Below the pieces are notes generated by a model. It was not told the origin of the DNA and ran no database searches. It saw only the letters and a list, made by a program, of their open reading frames with translations. The position numbers were made by a program, and so were the translations under genes. From Microcystis aeruginosa NIES-843 (lineage in GTDB: Bacteria; Cyanobacteriota; Cyanobacteriia; Cyanobacteriales; Microcystaceae), in assembly GCF_000010625.1 (NCBI RefSeq), contig NC_010296.1, positions 5,580,001-5,612,000 on the forward strand: a stretch of 32,000 nt of DNA. The letters are read 5' to 3'. Shown in pieces: positions 16,877-26,321 of the stretch (the first letter of the stretch is position 1; every line of letters begins with the position of its first letter).

Positions 16877-16878
16877 TA

Positions 16879-16991
16879 GGGTGTGTTAGCGATAGCGTAA
16901 CGCACCAATTTAATGATAGAGGTGGTGCGTTACGGCGGCTTGTTAATTTTGGTTTTTTGACGGAATTGATAGCCGCCTAACGCACCCTACG
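16879..16991. repeat. Dispersed repeat copy D2, whose left terminus is split by IS630
   Basis: It is homologous to 14916-15032. The sequence CCAGTA at 15623-15628 plus GGGTGTG from 16879 reconstitutes the CCAGTAGGGTGTG start seen in D1. Confidence 0.7.
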
Positions 16992-17000
16992 CCTACTTAA

Positions 17001-19751
17001 TTAAACAAAGAAATTACCCACTGGAATGCTCCCTAAAGCAGGTAAAGTACCAGTAAATCCGGTGATATTCATTAATAAATCATTGCTGGATTGGAAGCCA
17101 TCTGTGCTATCATTAATAACGAGGTAAGTTCCAGCGATCGCACCAGTTGTTACTTGCACTAAGGCGGCACTATTAACCGCTAATTCTTGATTACCTGTAG
17201 TGGCTCCATTGGCATCAGTAAATACCTGATTGACTAAATTCTGTAAAGTGGTGACAGTGCTATTAGCAGCTCGACTGAAACTACTAGGCGCACTCATGGG
17301 AAGTCCACCTTGAGTTAATAAGTCGATTTTATCACTATTGATGGCAAAATCTGTGATACGATCGCTTGTTGATATGGTAGATTGGCCAAATTGGAAGATG
17401 AAAGTATCTGCACCTAAACCACCGGTTAAGGTATCAATTCCCGCACGTCCATTGATTTGATTATTGCCACTATTTCCGGTGATTTTATTGTTACCAGCGT
17501 TACCTGTACCATTAATATTATTAGTGCCAATTAGTCTGAGGTTTTCGACATTGTTGGGTAAGGTGCGAGTAATTGCGCTTTGTAGGGTGTCAGTAATAAT
17601 TACCTGTCCAATTGCTTCGTCGGGATTAACGGTAGCATTAACCGGATTGGAGAGGGTGACGGTGAAGACTTCATCAGGTTCATTGAGGTTATCATTGAGG
17701 AGGGGAATGCTAATAGTAGCGGTGGCAGTATTAGGTGCAATGGTGATAGTTCCAGTTTTGCTAGTGTAATCTACATTAGCGGTAGCGTTAATGGGTGCGG
17801 TGGTATAGTTGAAGGTAATTGGTTGTGGATTGGGGTTATCAACTGTGACGGTGAGGATGGCATTATTATCTTTACCTTCCACTACGGTGATGTCATTGAT
17901 GGAGAGTTGCGAGGTGACACTGGTATCGTCATTATTAATTGTTCCCGTGGCTGCGTTAGGAGTACCTACTGTATAACCTGTCCCCGCAGCAAGGGCTAAA
18001 ATGACAGTTTCATCACTTTCTACTATTGTGTCAGCAGTGGGGTCAACGGTTACGGTAGCAATCGCAGAATTAGCCTCGAAGGTGACACTGGTAGGAAGCA
18101 AAGTGTAATCGGTTCCGTTGGTTGCTGTCCCACCAATACTATAGTTAACCGTTAAGGGATTAGTTGTATCTCCTGTACGAATGAAGATATAGATGAGATT
18201 ACTTGTCCCGTCTTCAGTAACACTACTAGGAGAAATCGCAAGAGTAATACTAGGAAGTATGAGATCATCATTCGTAATTGTCCCCGTAACTGGAGTAGTC
18301 GTACCTATTGTATAACCTGTCCCCGCAGCGAGGGTTAAAATAACAGTTTCATCACTTTCTACTGTAGTATCAGCAGTCGGGTCAACTGTTACAGTCGCAG
18401 TGGATGAACCAGCAGCAAAGGTGACACTGGTGGGAATAGAAGCGTAATCGGTTCCATTGGTTGCTGTCCCACTAACTGTATAGTTAACAGTTAAAGCATC
18501 AGTGGTTACTCCGGTACGGGTGAAGGTATAGACTAAGTTAGTTGTCCCATCTTCTGTCACACTTGCGGGAGAAACTGCAAGGGTAATACTGGGAAGAGTC
18601 GGACTAGAAACATAGCTAAAATAACTAGCAGTTAGACTTAATGCTGTTTGATTACTGATATAAGCAATCAGTTCATCTGCTTCGTTTCCTGGTTTGTTGA
18701 TGTAGAGCTTAGTAGTGGAACCAGAAACTGTTAAGAGATAGTCACTACTTGAACCCCGTAGCTGAATTATATCATCAATGGTGCTAAAGTCGGCAATTGT
18801 CGCGTAGTCGCTAGTACCTTCAGTAGCTGTCAAACCGTCATCATAGAAGGTCTTTGTCGTATCTGCAAGGATAAAGCGATCGTTTCCTGAACCTCCTACT
18901 AAATCATCATATTCTCCTGTACCGCCATCTGTTCCTTGTAGGGTGTCATTCCCATTACCACCATAAAGATCATCATAACCATCTCCACCATTCAGGACAT
19001 CATTCCCATTCTCTCCATAAATGTAGTCACCACCAGCATTACCTGAAATAGTATCGTTACCACTTCCACCATACAAAGTTTCATAGTAGTAAACTCGTGT
19101 ACCGCCAAAAATGACATCATTATAATCAGTTCCCTTAAACCCGTTAAAACTCTCAATCGAAGTAAAGGTATCAGTTTCTGTACCGACAGTAATCGTCCCA
19201 CTCCCAGCGGTGTCGTAGGTCATGGTTAAACCACTACTACCATAGCTGTAGTCAGCAGCATAACTATCACTACCAGCACCACCATTTATCGTGTCATTAT
19301 CGCCTTCATCGCCGGTAAAGTAATCATCTCCTGCATCACCATTGAGGAGATCATTACCATTACCACCAAGAATGTTGTCACTACCAGCACCCCCATTCAG
19401 GACATCATTGCCATCACCACCATAAAGATAATCAGAATCATCTCCACCATTCAGGACATCATTCCCATTCTCTCCATAAATGTAGTCAAAACCAGCATTA
19501 CCTGAAATAGTATCGTTACCACCTCCACCTGAGAGAGCGCCCCAATATTCACTTGCTGTCCCGCCAAAAATGACATCATTATACTCAGTTCCCTTAAACC
19601 CATCAAAACTCTCAATCGAAGTAAAGGTATCAGTTTCTGTACCGACAGTAATCGTCCCACTCCCGGTAGCGGTATTGTAGGTCATGGTTAAACCGCTACT
19701 AGCACTACTGTAGTCAACCTCATAGCGATCAATCCCACTACCACCATTTAT
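17001..19751 (-). pseudogene. C-terminal segment of a disrupted RTX/Calx-beta exoprotein (ORF-track entry 17001..19778)
   Basis: It has GGxGNDxL calcium-binding nonapeptide repeats, two copies of a DRYEVDYSS...TITVGTETDTFTSIESF module, three Calx-beta-like domains (SITLAVSPASVTEDG...TGTITNDD) and a T1SS-type tail (GGLGADTFIF...DKIDLL). The first 9 ORF codons are IS1634-encoded. Confidence 0.85.
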
Positions 19752-21824
19752 CCCACATTCCGCACCCTCAACTGTCACATAAGCTGTCCCCCGCCAGAGA
19801 CTTGAGTAAAAATACTTAGCTGGTGAAGGTTTTCTCGGTGGCCGCTAGGGGGGCTTTGAGACCCTAATTATGAAAAAATAGGAATTGTTGGAAAACTGAG
19901 GCGAGTGGACTGTTCGACCATGAATCAATCAACAGAAATTGAAGTCAAAAATCTAGACCATCTGGGATTAGTAGCCGGAATTATCGATGAAATAGGAATC
20001 GTTGAAATTATCAACGAACAAGTCTCAATTGAGCGAGGAGAAATTGTCACAGCGGGGCAAGTCGTGAAAGCAATTATCCTGAATGGATTGGGATTTGTCT
20101 CCCGAGCCTTGTATTTATTTCCTCAATTTTTTGAAGATAAAGCAACCGAACATCTGCTGGGAGAAGGCATCGAAGCAAAACACCTGAATGATGATAAAAT
20201 TGGTCGAGTAATGGACAAACTTTATCAACTGGATGTTTCGGGTATTTTCCTACTCATCAGTTTAGCCGCCGTGAAAAAATTTGGTGTAGCAACCGAGAAC
20301 TCCCATTTAGATTCGACTTCTCTATCAGTAGAAGGAGAATATAAAAAGGAATACCCAACAGTAGAAATCCTGAAATCAGGAGCAGTGGGAGAAGAAATTG
20401 AAACCAGACAACAGCCAATAAAAATTACCTACGGATACTCCCGCGACCGAAGACCTGACTTAAAACAATTTATGATTGACTTAATCGTAAGTGGGGATGG
20501 AGATGTACCTTTATTCCTGAAAGTAGGGGACGGAAATGAAGCGGACAAAGCGGTTTTTGGTCAAATCGCCCGAGAATTTAAAAAACAAGTTGACTTTGAC
20601 AGTTTAATAGTCGGCGATAGCGCCCTCTATAGCAAAGAGAATTTAAAACTAATGAAAGAAATGCGTTGGTTGTCTCGAGTACCATTAAGCATTAAAGAGG
20701 CTCAAGAGTTAGTCGATAGCATCTCAGAAAAAGAGTTAACCGATTCAGAAATACCGGGTTATTCCTGGCGGGAAACAAGCTCTAACTATGGGGGTATAGA
20801 ACAAAGATGGTTGCTAGTTGAAAGTCAAGCTAGACAAGAATCAGACTTGAAAAAATTAGAGAAAAAAATCGAGCAAGAAAAGAATTCTGCCCAAGAAAAA
20901 ATCCGGCAACTATCCCGAAGAGAATTTGAGAATAGAGCGGTGGCGTTGGCGATAGCCAAAGGATTATCTGACTCCTTAAAATCTCATCAGTTAACGGAGA
21001 TTAAAGTCAATCTCATTCCGCCTGAGTCTCAGCAGTCAAAACTCAAATCAAAAGACGATTTGCCCTCTCAAAGCTATCAAGTTCAAGCCGAATTAGAGTT
21101 GAATTTGGCAGCGATTGAGAGGCTAAAGAAACGAGCAGGACGATTCGTTTTAGCAACTAACGATTTGGAGAAAAAACGATTGAGCAGTGAGGATATACTC
21201 AAAAAATATAAGGGGCAACAAGCTCCGGAAAGAGGATTTTCTTTTCTCAAAGACCCCTGCTTTTTTGCCCACAGTGTCTTTCTCAAATCTCCCCATAGAA
21301 TCGAGGTCATGGCCATGCTCATGGGCTTGTGCCTGCTGGTTTATACTATTGGTCAAAGACAACTTCGTTTAAGTTTAAAACAGCAGGAGACGGGACTGAA
21401 AAATCCGTTGGGTAAGTTAACTGACCGACCGACGTTACGCTGGATATTTCAGTGCTTTCAAGGGATTCATCTCGTCCGTATTCAAGACAATCAAAAGATT
21501 AGCAACTTAACGGATGAGAGGCGCAACATTTTGAGATTTTTTCCCAAACCTTGCCAGGAATATTATCTCTTATCTTGACCAGATGGATTGACTTCAAGGG
21601 GTGACAAAACAAAGCGAGCAACTGGAACATCTCCCCCTAGATGTTAAGTCTGATTGCCTAGTCATTCTCAACAAGCACTGTTTATTGAGAATGACCGGGG
21701 GAACTCTGAAATTTTCGGCTTAGTTGCCGGCAGCTTGCCGCCAACTCACTCCTCTAGATAAGTATTTTGACTCGCGCCCCTTCCTCTTTTGAGACGTTGT
21801 GACACTTAGGGTGCGGAATGTGGG
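19752..21824 (+). mobile_element. Complete IS1634-family insertion sequence (2073 bp)
   Basis: The inverted repeats are CCCACATTCCGCACCCT (19752-19768) and AGGGTGCGGAATGTGGG (21808-21824). The 6-bp TSD ATTTAT occurs at 19746-19751 and 21825-21830. Confidence 0.9.
19920..21578 (+). CDS. IS1634 family transposase
   Basis: The N-terminus MNQSTEIEVKNLDHLGLVAGIIDEIGIVEIIN is the characteristic IS1634-group start. The ORF track starts at a GTG at 19905, and the ATG at 19920 is more plausible. Confidence 0.85.
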   Translation: MNQSTEIEVKNLDHLGLVAGIIDEIGIVEIINEQVSIERGEIVTAGQVVKAIILNGLGFVSRALYLFPQFFEDKATEHLLGEGIEAKHLNDDKIGRVMDKLYQLDVSGIFLLISLAAVKKFGVATENSHLDSTSLSVEGEYKKEYPTVEILKSGAVGEEIETRQQPIKITYGYSRDRRPDLKQFMIDLIVSGDGDVPLFLKVGDGNEADKAVFGQIAREFKKQVDFDSLIVGDSALYSKENLKLMKEMRWLSRVPLSIKEAQELVDSISEKELTDSEIPGYSWRETSSNYGGIEQRWLLVESQARQESDLKKLEKKIEQEKNSAQEKIRQLSRREFENRAVALAIAKGLSDSLKSHQLTEIKVNLIPPESQQSKLKSKDDLPSQSYQVQAELELNLAAIERLKKRAGRFVLATNDLEKKRLSSEDILKKYKGQQAPERGFSFLKDPCFFAHSVFLKSPHRIEVMAMLMGLCLLVYTIGQRQLRLSLKQQETGLKNPLGKLTDRPTLRWIFQCFQGIHLVRIQDNQKISNLTDERRNILRFFPKPCQEYYLLS

Positions 21825-22594
21825 ATTTATCGTGTCATTACCTGCATCATTGGTAAAGCGATCATCGCCTGTATCACCATTGAGGAGATCATTCCCACTA
21901 CCACCATAAAGTTCATCAGAACCATCTCCACCATTGAGGACATCATTTCCATCCTCTCCATAAATGTCGTCATAACCAGCATTACCTGAAATAGTATCGT
22001 TACCACTTCCACCATTGAGTCCACCATAATAATAATAAGATTCACTTTCTGTCCCGCCAAAAATGACATCATTATACTCAGTTCCCTTAAACCCGTTAAA
22101 ACTCTCAATCGAAGTAAAGGTATCAGTTTCTGTACCGACAGTAATCGTCCCACTCCCGGTAGTGGTATTGTAGGTCATGGTTAAACCGCTACTAGCACTA
22201 CTGTAGTCAACCTCATAGCGATCAGTCCCACTACCACCATTTATCGTGTCATTACCTGCATCGTTGGTAAAGTAATCACTTCCATCCCCACCGTCAAGAG
22301 AGTCATTACCATTACCCCCATAAATATTATCGCTTCCCCCCAAACCACTTAAAGTATCATTGCCATCTAACCCAAAAATATTATCACTTGCAGAAGTTCC
22401 CGTAATATTATCATCCCCATTAGTACCCGTAAAATTCGCCTGTTCTACTTGAATAATTTCCCCATTTACTATAATTGTTGTCTGGTCATTCTCTCCTCGT
22501 AAAGCGTCTAAGGTTGCCACATCCAGACTATTTCCTTGAACCAACTCCGCAAAAATCGCCCCCTCATCTCCGGCGCTATCCACCTGATTAATTT
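21825..22594 (-). pseudogene. Middle segment of the disrupted RTX/Calx-beta exoprotein (ORF-track entry 21720..22583)
   Basis: It has RTX-type GGxGND repeats and one DRYEVDYSS module. The ORF continues from ...NDAGNDTIN into IS-encoded residues. Upstream it joins ...VDAQIN-QVDSAGDEGA... once the MITE is removed. Confidence 0.8.
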
Positions 22595-22781
22595 GGCTCT
22601 TCGGTAATTGTTATGCAATGGACGGGGGTTATAAGGGATGGAACCCTTATATAGAAAGGCATTTAGCGATTTTTGTCAATTATTTTTGATCTAGAGCGAA
22701 CTAATCAATTAAGTCTCTTACCAGATAAGGATTTAGTCGATTTATGACCCCCTATCGAACCATACCAAGTAACGAAGAACC
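22595..22781. mobile_element. 187-bp ISL3-derived MITE (copy 2, inverted relative to copy 1)
   Basis: Its ends are GGCTCTTCGGTAATTGTTATGCAATGGACGGG... and ...GTAACGAAGAACC. The 8-bp TSD ATTAATTT occurs at 22587-22594 and 22782-22789. It is nearly identical to the reverse complement of 5136-5322. Confidence 0.9.
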
Positions 22782-23123
22782 ATTAATTTGAGCATCCACA
22801 TAATGCCCAATTTCTTCTAAAATTACATTAACTATCGCTGCTGACGAGGCCGTATTTAAAAAAGATGCTGATAAATAAATCTTATTGGTACTACTGGAAT
22901 ATGCACCATTCGCCGTCCCTAAAACTTCATCACTGAGTACCTCAATTGGGGGAATTTGACTAAAATTTCGGCTTTTCCACTGCTGTTGTAGTTCTGTCGC
23001 CTTAACCACATCATAACTTGTGCCAAAAGCGATAGCCAAATTCGCCCAAAAGCCATCAGATTGAGCGAAATTAAACAAAACATCGTCAACAGCAGGAAGA
23101 ATCGACAAAAGAGAGAGAGTCAT
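22782..23123 (-). pseudogene. N-terminal segment of the disrupted exoprotein (ORF-track entry 22752..23123)
   Basis: The segment MTLSLLSILPAVDD...AYSSSTNKIYLSASFL...VILEEIGHYVDAQIN then reads into the MITE (GSSLLGMVR-stop). Confidence 0.75.
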
Positions 23124-23204
23124 GACAGTAACAGCAAAAGTTTATTGATAACAGTTTTAGCCTAACAATCCCCAATCTTTCAAGGGGGATATAACAAAAA
23201 TTTA

Positions 23205-23256
23205 CAGAAAACGGGTTTCTCGAAGGAACCCGTTTTCTAAGAAACCCGTTTTCTAG
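23205..23256. repeat. Palindromic repeat cluster (AGAAAACGGGTTTCT-type hairpin plus an extra half-site)
   Basis: The sequence is CAGAAAACGGGTTTCTCGAAGGAACCCGTTTTCTAAGAAACCCGTTTTCTAG. A related cluster lies in the same orientation at 29131-29213. Confidence 0.7.
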
Positions 23257-23645
23257 ATATTGATTTTTGCCAAAGACTGCTTAAATTCTGCGAGAGAATT
23301 AGCGGTAGCTGCTAATTTAACAATCTCTTGTAATGTAGATAGTAACGAAACTTTATTCAGGTATTGTTCCACATCTAAAGGAACTTCACCTAATCGAGAT
23401 TCCAAAACTGTTTTGACAAAATCACGAGCATTTTCTAACGCGCCAATTTCCTTACCAATTTCCTTGCCAATTTCCTTACCGCGTTCCATTCCTCGTAACT
23501 CCATATTACTCATTAAAGGCATGGTTTTTTCCTCGTCAAATTGTTTGATTTTACTCTCTAAACTTGACTGCAATTCAGGGGATAAAGTCATCATATTGTC
23601 GATGATTTCAAACAGTTTACTAAGTAAAGTAGTTATTACCCACAC
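23253..23645 (-). pseudogene. Orphan C-terminal (DUF4351-type tail, haplotype B) fragment of an Rpn-family gene
   Basis: Homology to the full-length paralogs starts abruptly at KLFEIIDNMM (23619) and runs to the stop. It is nearly identical in DNA to the tail of 25745..26332. Only a GTG overlapping the upstream stop is available as a start. Confidence 0.75.
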
Positions 23646-24607
23646 TACTTATTTATGATGATACTAAAAGACTTCCTACACTCCTCAAAAGAATTTACTA
23701 TAAGTGCGGCTTTTAACATCTCTTCTAAAACCGAAATAACTGAAGCATCATTGAGACATTGTCCAATATCTCCAGGGATATCGCCTAGTCGGTTTTCCAA
23801 AACTTTTTTCACAAAATCACGAGCATTTTCTAACGCTCCAATTTCCTTACCGCGTTCTATCCCTCGTAACTCCATATTACTCATTAAAGGCATGGTTCTT
23901 TCCTCCTCAAATTGTTTGATTTTACTTTCTAAACTTGACTGTAATTCAGAGGATAAAGTCATCAGATTGTCGATGATTTCAAACAGTTTAATTATCTGTT
24001 CCCTCTCGAACTCCTTTTCATACAATCCCCTGATTAACTTCCACTTCCACTGTTCCCGTTGTGGCAGCTTCCCAGTAGTCGCTTTTGTTTTCAGGTGTGC
24101 CATGACTATTATAGCAAAAGGATTGCTACTTGCTTCTAGTTCTGTCCATCTTTCCTCATAGTCCAGTAATTTAACCGTTGGGAATTTCAAACTCACTTCA
24201 CAGCCAGCGATAGTATAATTATAGGAATCTGGTCGCCAATTTACTCGTTCATCTCCTAAAATTGCCAGACTGATAACCGGTTTCTGATACAAATCAAAGG
24301 CCCGATAGTTATAAATATACATCCTCTGAGGGAAATTTTCTTCGTATTGACTTTGAATTTCAATATGAATCAAAATCCAGACTTCTTCACCCCTGAGTAA
24401 CCAGACTTTATAGAGTTTGTCAGCGAAACGTTTTTTTGTCTTTGCTGAAGCGGTAATCCGTTTGAGTTCTTTTTCTAGGGATTCGGGAGTTTTTGTCCAA
24501 TCAATTAATTGGTGAACTTCAGGAAAAAAGAAGTATAAAAACGCTTCAAAATACTCGGTTAATGCTTCTTTCCAGGGTTCATCATAATTGGCGGTTGTTG
24601 GGTTCAT
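23645..24607 (-). CDS. Rpn family recombination-promoting nuclease / putative transposase (PD-(D/E)XK plus DUF4351), copy 4, tail haplotype C
   Basis: The 320-aa ORF has the N-terminus MNPTTANYDEPWKEALTEYFEAFL, a nuclease core FADKLYKVW...VWILIHIEIQSQYE, one GKEI unit and the unique tail ...DFVKKVLENRLGDIPGDIGQCLNDASVISVLEEML... Confidence 0.8.
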   Translation of the reverse strand: MNPTTANYDEPWKEALTEYFEAFLYFFFPEVHQLIDWTKTPESLEKELKRITASAKTKKRFADKLYKVWLLRGEEVWILIHIEIQSQYEENFPQRMYIYNYRAFDLYQKPVISLAILGDERVNWRPDSYNYTIAGCEVSLKFPTVKLLDYEERWTELEASSNPFAIIVMAHLKTKATTGKLPQREQWKWKLIRGLYEKEFEREQIIKLFEIIDNLMTLSSELQSSLESKIKQFEEERTMPLMSNMELRGIERGKEIGALENARDFVKKVLENRLGDIPGDIGQCLNDASVISVLEEMLKAALIVNSFEECRKSFSIIINK

Positions 24608-24628
24608 TGGAGAAGAAAATTACTGAGA

Positions 24629-25651
24629 CTATTGTTCTAAAAGTTGATGCAACTCATCAAAAGAATTAACGGTTAATGCCGATTTCAGTAACTCGTCTAA
24701 AATCGATAATACAGAAATTTTATCAACAGCTTGCTCAATTTCTATTGGAATGTCACCCAATCGCGTTTTCAGCACCGTTTTAACATAGTTACGAGCATTT
24801 TCTAACGCTCCAATTTCCTTACCAATTTCCTTGCCAATTTCTTTACCGCGTTCTATCCCTCGTAACTCCCCAATTTCCTTGCCAATTTCCTTACCGCGTT
24901 CTATTCCTCGTAACTCCATATTACTCATTAAAGGCATCGTTCTTTCCTCCTCAAATTGTTTGATTTTACTCTCTAAACTTGACTGCAATTCAGGGGATAA
25001 AGTCATCATATTGTCGATGATTTCAAACAGTTTAATTATCTGTTCCCTCTCGAACTCCTTTTCATATAATCCCCTGATTAACTTCCACTTCCACTGTTCC
25101 CGTTGTGGCAGCTTCCCAGTAGTCGCTTTTGTTTTCAGGTGTGCCATGACTATTATAGCAAAGGGATTGCTACTTGCTTCTAGTTCTGACCAGCTTTCCT
25201 CATAGTCCAGTAATTTAACCGTTGGGAATTTGAGGCTGACTTCACAACCGGCGATAGTATAATTATAGGAATCTGGTCGCCAATTTACTCGTTCATCTCC
25301 TAATATAGCGAGACTGATAACCGGTTTCTGATACAAATCAAAGGCCCGATAGTTATAAATATACATCCTCTGAGGAAAATTTTCTTCGTATTGACTTTGA
25401 ATTTCAATATGAATCAAAATCCAGACTTCTTCACCCCTGAGTAACCAGACTTTATAGAGTTTGTCAGCAAAACGTTTTTTTGTCTTTGCTGAAGCGGTAA
25501 TCCGTTTGAGTTCTTTTTCCAGGGATTCGGGAGTTTTTGTCCAATCAATTAATTGGTAAACTTCAGGAAAGAAGAAGTATAAAAACGCTTCAAAATACTC
25601 GGTTAATGCTTCTTTCCAGGGTTCATCATAATTGGCGGTTGTTGGGTTCAT
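24629..25651 (-). CDS. Rpn family nuclease paralog, copy 3, tail haplotype A
   Basis: The 340-aa ORF has the same N-terminal module. Its GKEI tract is duplicated (2 units, then ELRGIER, then 3 units). Its tail, NYVKTVLKTRLGDIPIEIEQAVDKISVLSILDELL..., is identical to that of copy 1. Confidence 0.8.
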   Translation of the reverse strand: MNPTTANYDEPWKEALTEYFEAFLYFFFPEVYQLIDWTKTPESLEKELKRITASAKTKKRFADKLYKVWLLRGEEVWILIHIEIQSQYEENFPQRMYIYNYRAFDLYQKPVISLAILGDERVNWRPDSYNYTIAGCEVSLKFPTVKLLDYEESWSELEASSNPFAIIVMAHLKTKATTGKLPQREQWKWKLIRGLYEKEFEREQIIKLFEIIDNMMTLSPELQSSLESKIKQFEEERTMPLMSNMELRGIERGKEIGKEIGELRGIERGKEIGKEIGKEIGALENARNYVKTVLKTRLGDIPIEIEQAVDKISVLSILDELLKSALTVNSFDELHQLLEQ

Positions 25652-26321
25652 GAATTACGACAACAGTTTTAATTGTTCTCCGCTTCTGGCTAAGAGTTTA
25701 AAGGTGAATGGGTGAGCAGTGCAGCACCCTAGGGTAAGATTTTCTTATTGGATTCTTGCCAAAGACTGCTTAAATTCTGCGAGAGAATTAGCGGTAGCTG
25801 CTAATTTAACAATCTCTTGTAATGTAGATAGTAACGAAACTTTATTCAGGTATTGTTCCACATCTAAAGGAACTTCACCTAATCGAGATTCCAAAACTGT
25901 TTTGACAAAATCACGAGCATTTTCTAACGCTCCAATTTCCTTACCAATTTCCTTACCGCGTTCTATTCCTCGTAACTCCATATTACTCATTAAAGGCATG
26001 GTTCTTTCCTCCTCAAATTGTTTGATTTTACTCTCTAAACTTGACTGCAATTCAGGGGATAAAGTCATCATATTGTCGATGATTTCAAACAGTTTAATTA
26101 TCTGTTCTCTCTCGAACTCCTTTTCATATAATCCCCTGATTAACTTCCACTTCCACTGTTCCCGTTGTGGCAGCTTCCCAGTAGTCGCTTTTGTTTTCAG
26201 GTGTGCCATGACTATTATAGCAAAGGGATTGCTACTTGCTTCTAGTTCTGACCAGCTTTCCTCATAGTCCAGTAATTTAACCGTTGGGAATTTGAGGCTG
26301 ACTTCACAACCGGCGATAGTA

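Noticed and set aside
19905-19919. A GTG start at 19905 for the IS1634 transposase, as given in the ORF track (MDCST...).
   Set aside because: The ATG at 19920 gives MNQSTEIEVKNLDHLGLVAG, which matches the usual N-terminus of this transposase family. The extra 5 codons are probably not translated.
21083-21372. Small ORFs within or opposite the IS1634 transposase gene (21083..21322, 21150..21362, 21187..21372).
   Set aside because: They are overlapping alternative frames of a well-supported 552-aa transposase ORF, and they have no independent signals.
17464-22153. Alternative-frame ORFs inside the exoprotein gene (17464..17769 plus strand; 18992..19201, 19451..19660 and 21827..22153 minus strand).
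   Set aside because: These are out-of-frame shadows of a repetitive Gly/Asp/Asn-rich coding region. Duplicated products such as MGRLLSVQKLIPLLRLRVL simply mirror the DNA repeats.
17001-22594. Near-identical ~450-nt modules within the exoprotein gene, which could be taken for template/variable repeat pairs of a diversity-generating retroelement.
   Set aside because: No reverse transcriptase or accessory gene is present. The modules are in-frame tandem domain repeats, and the few differences are not restricted to adenine positions.
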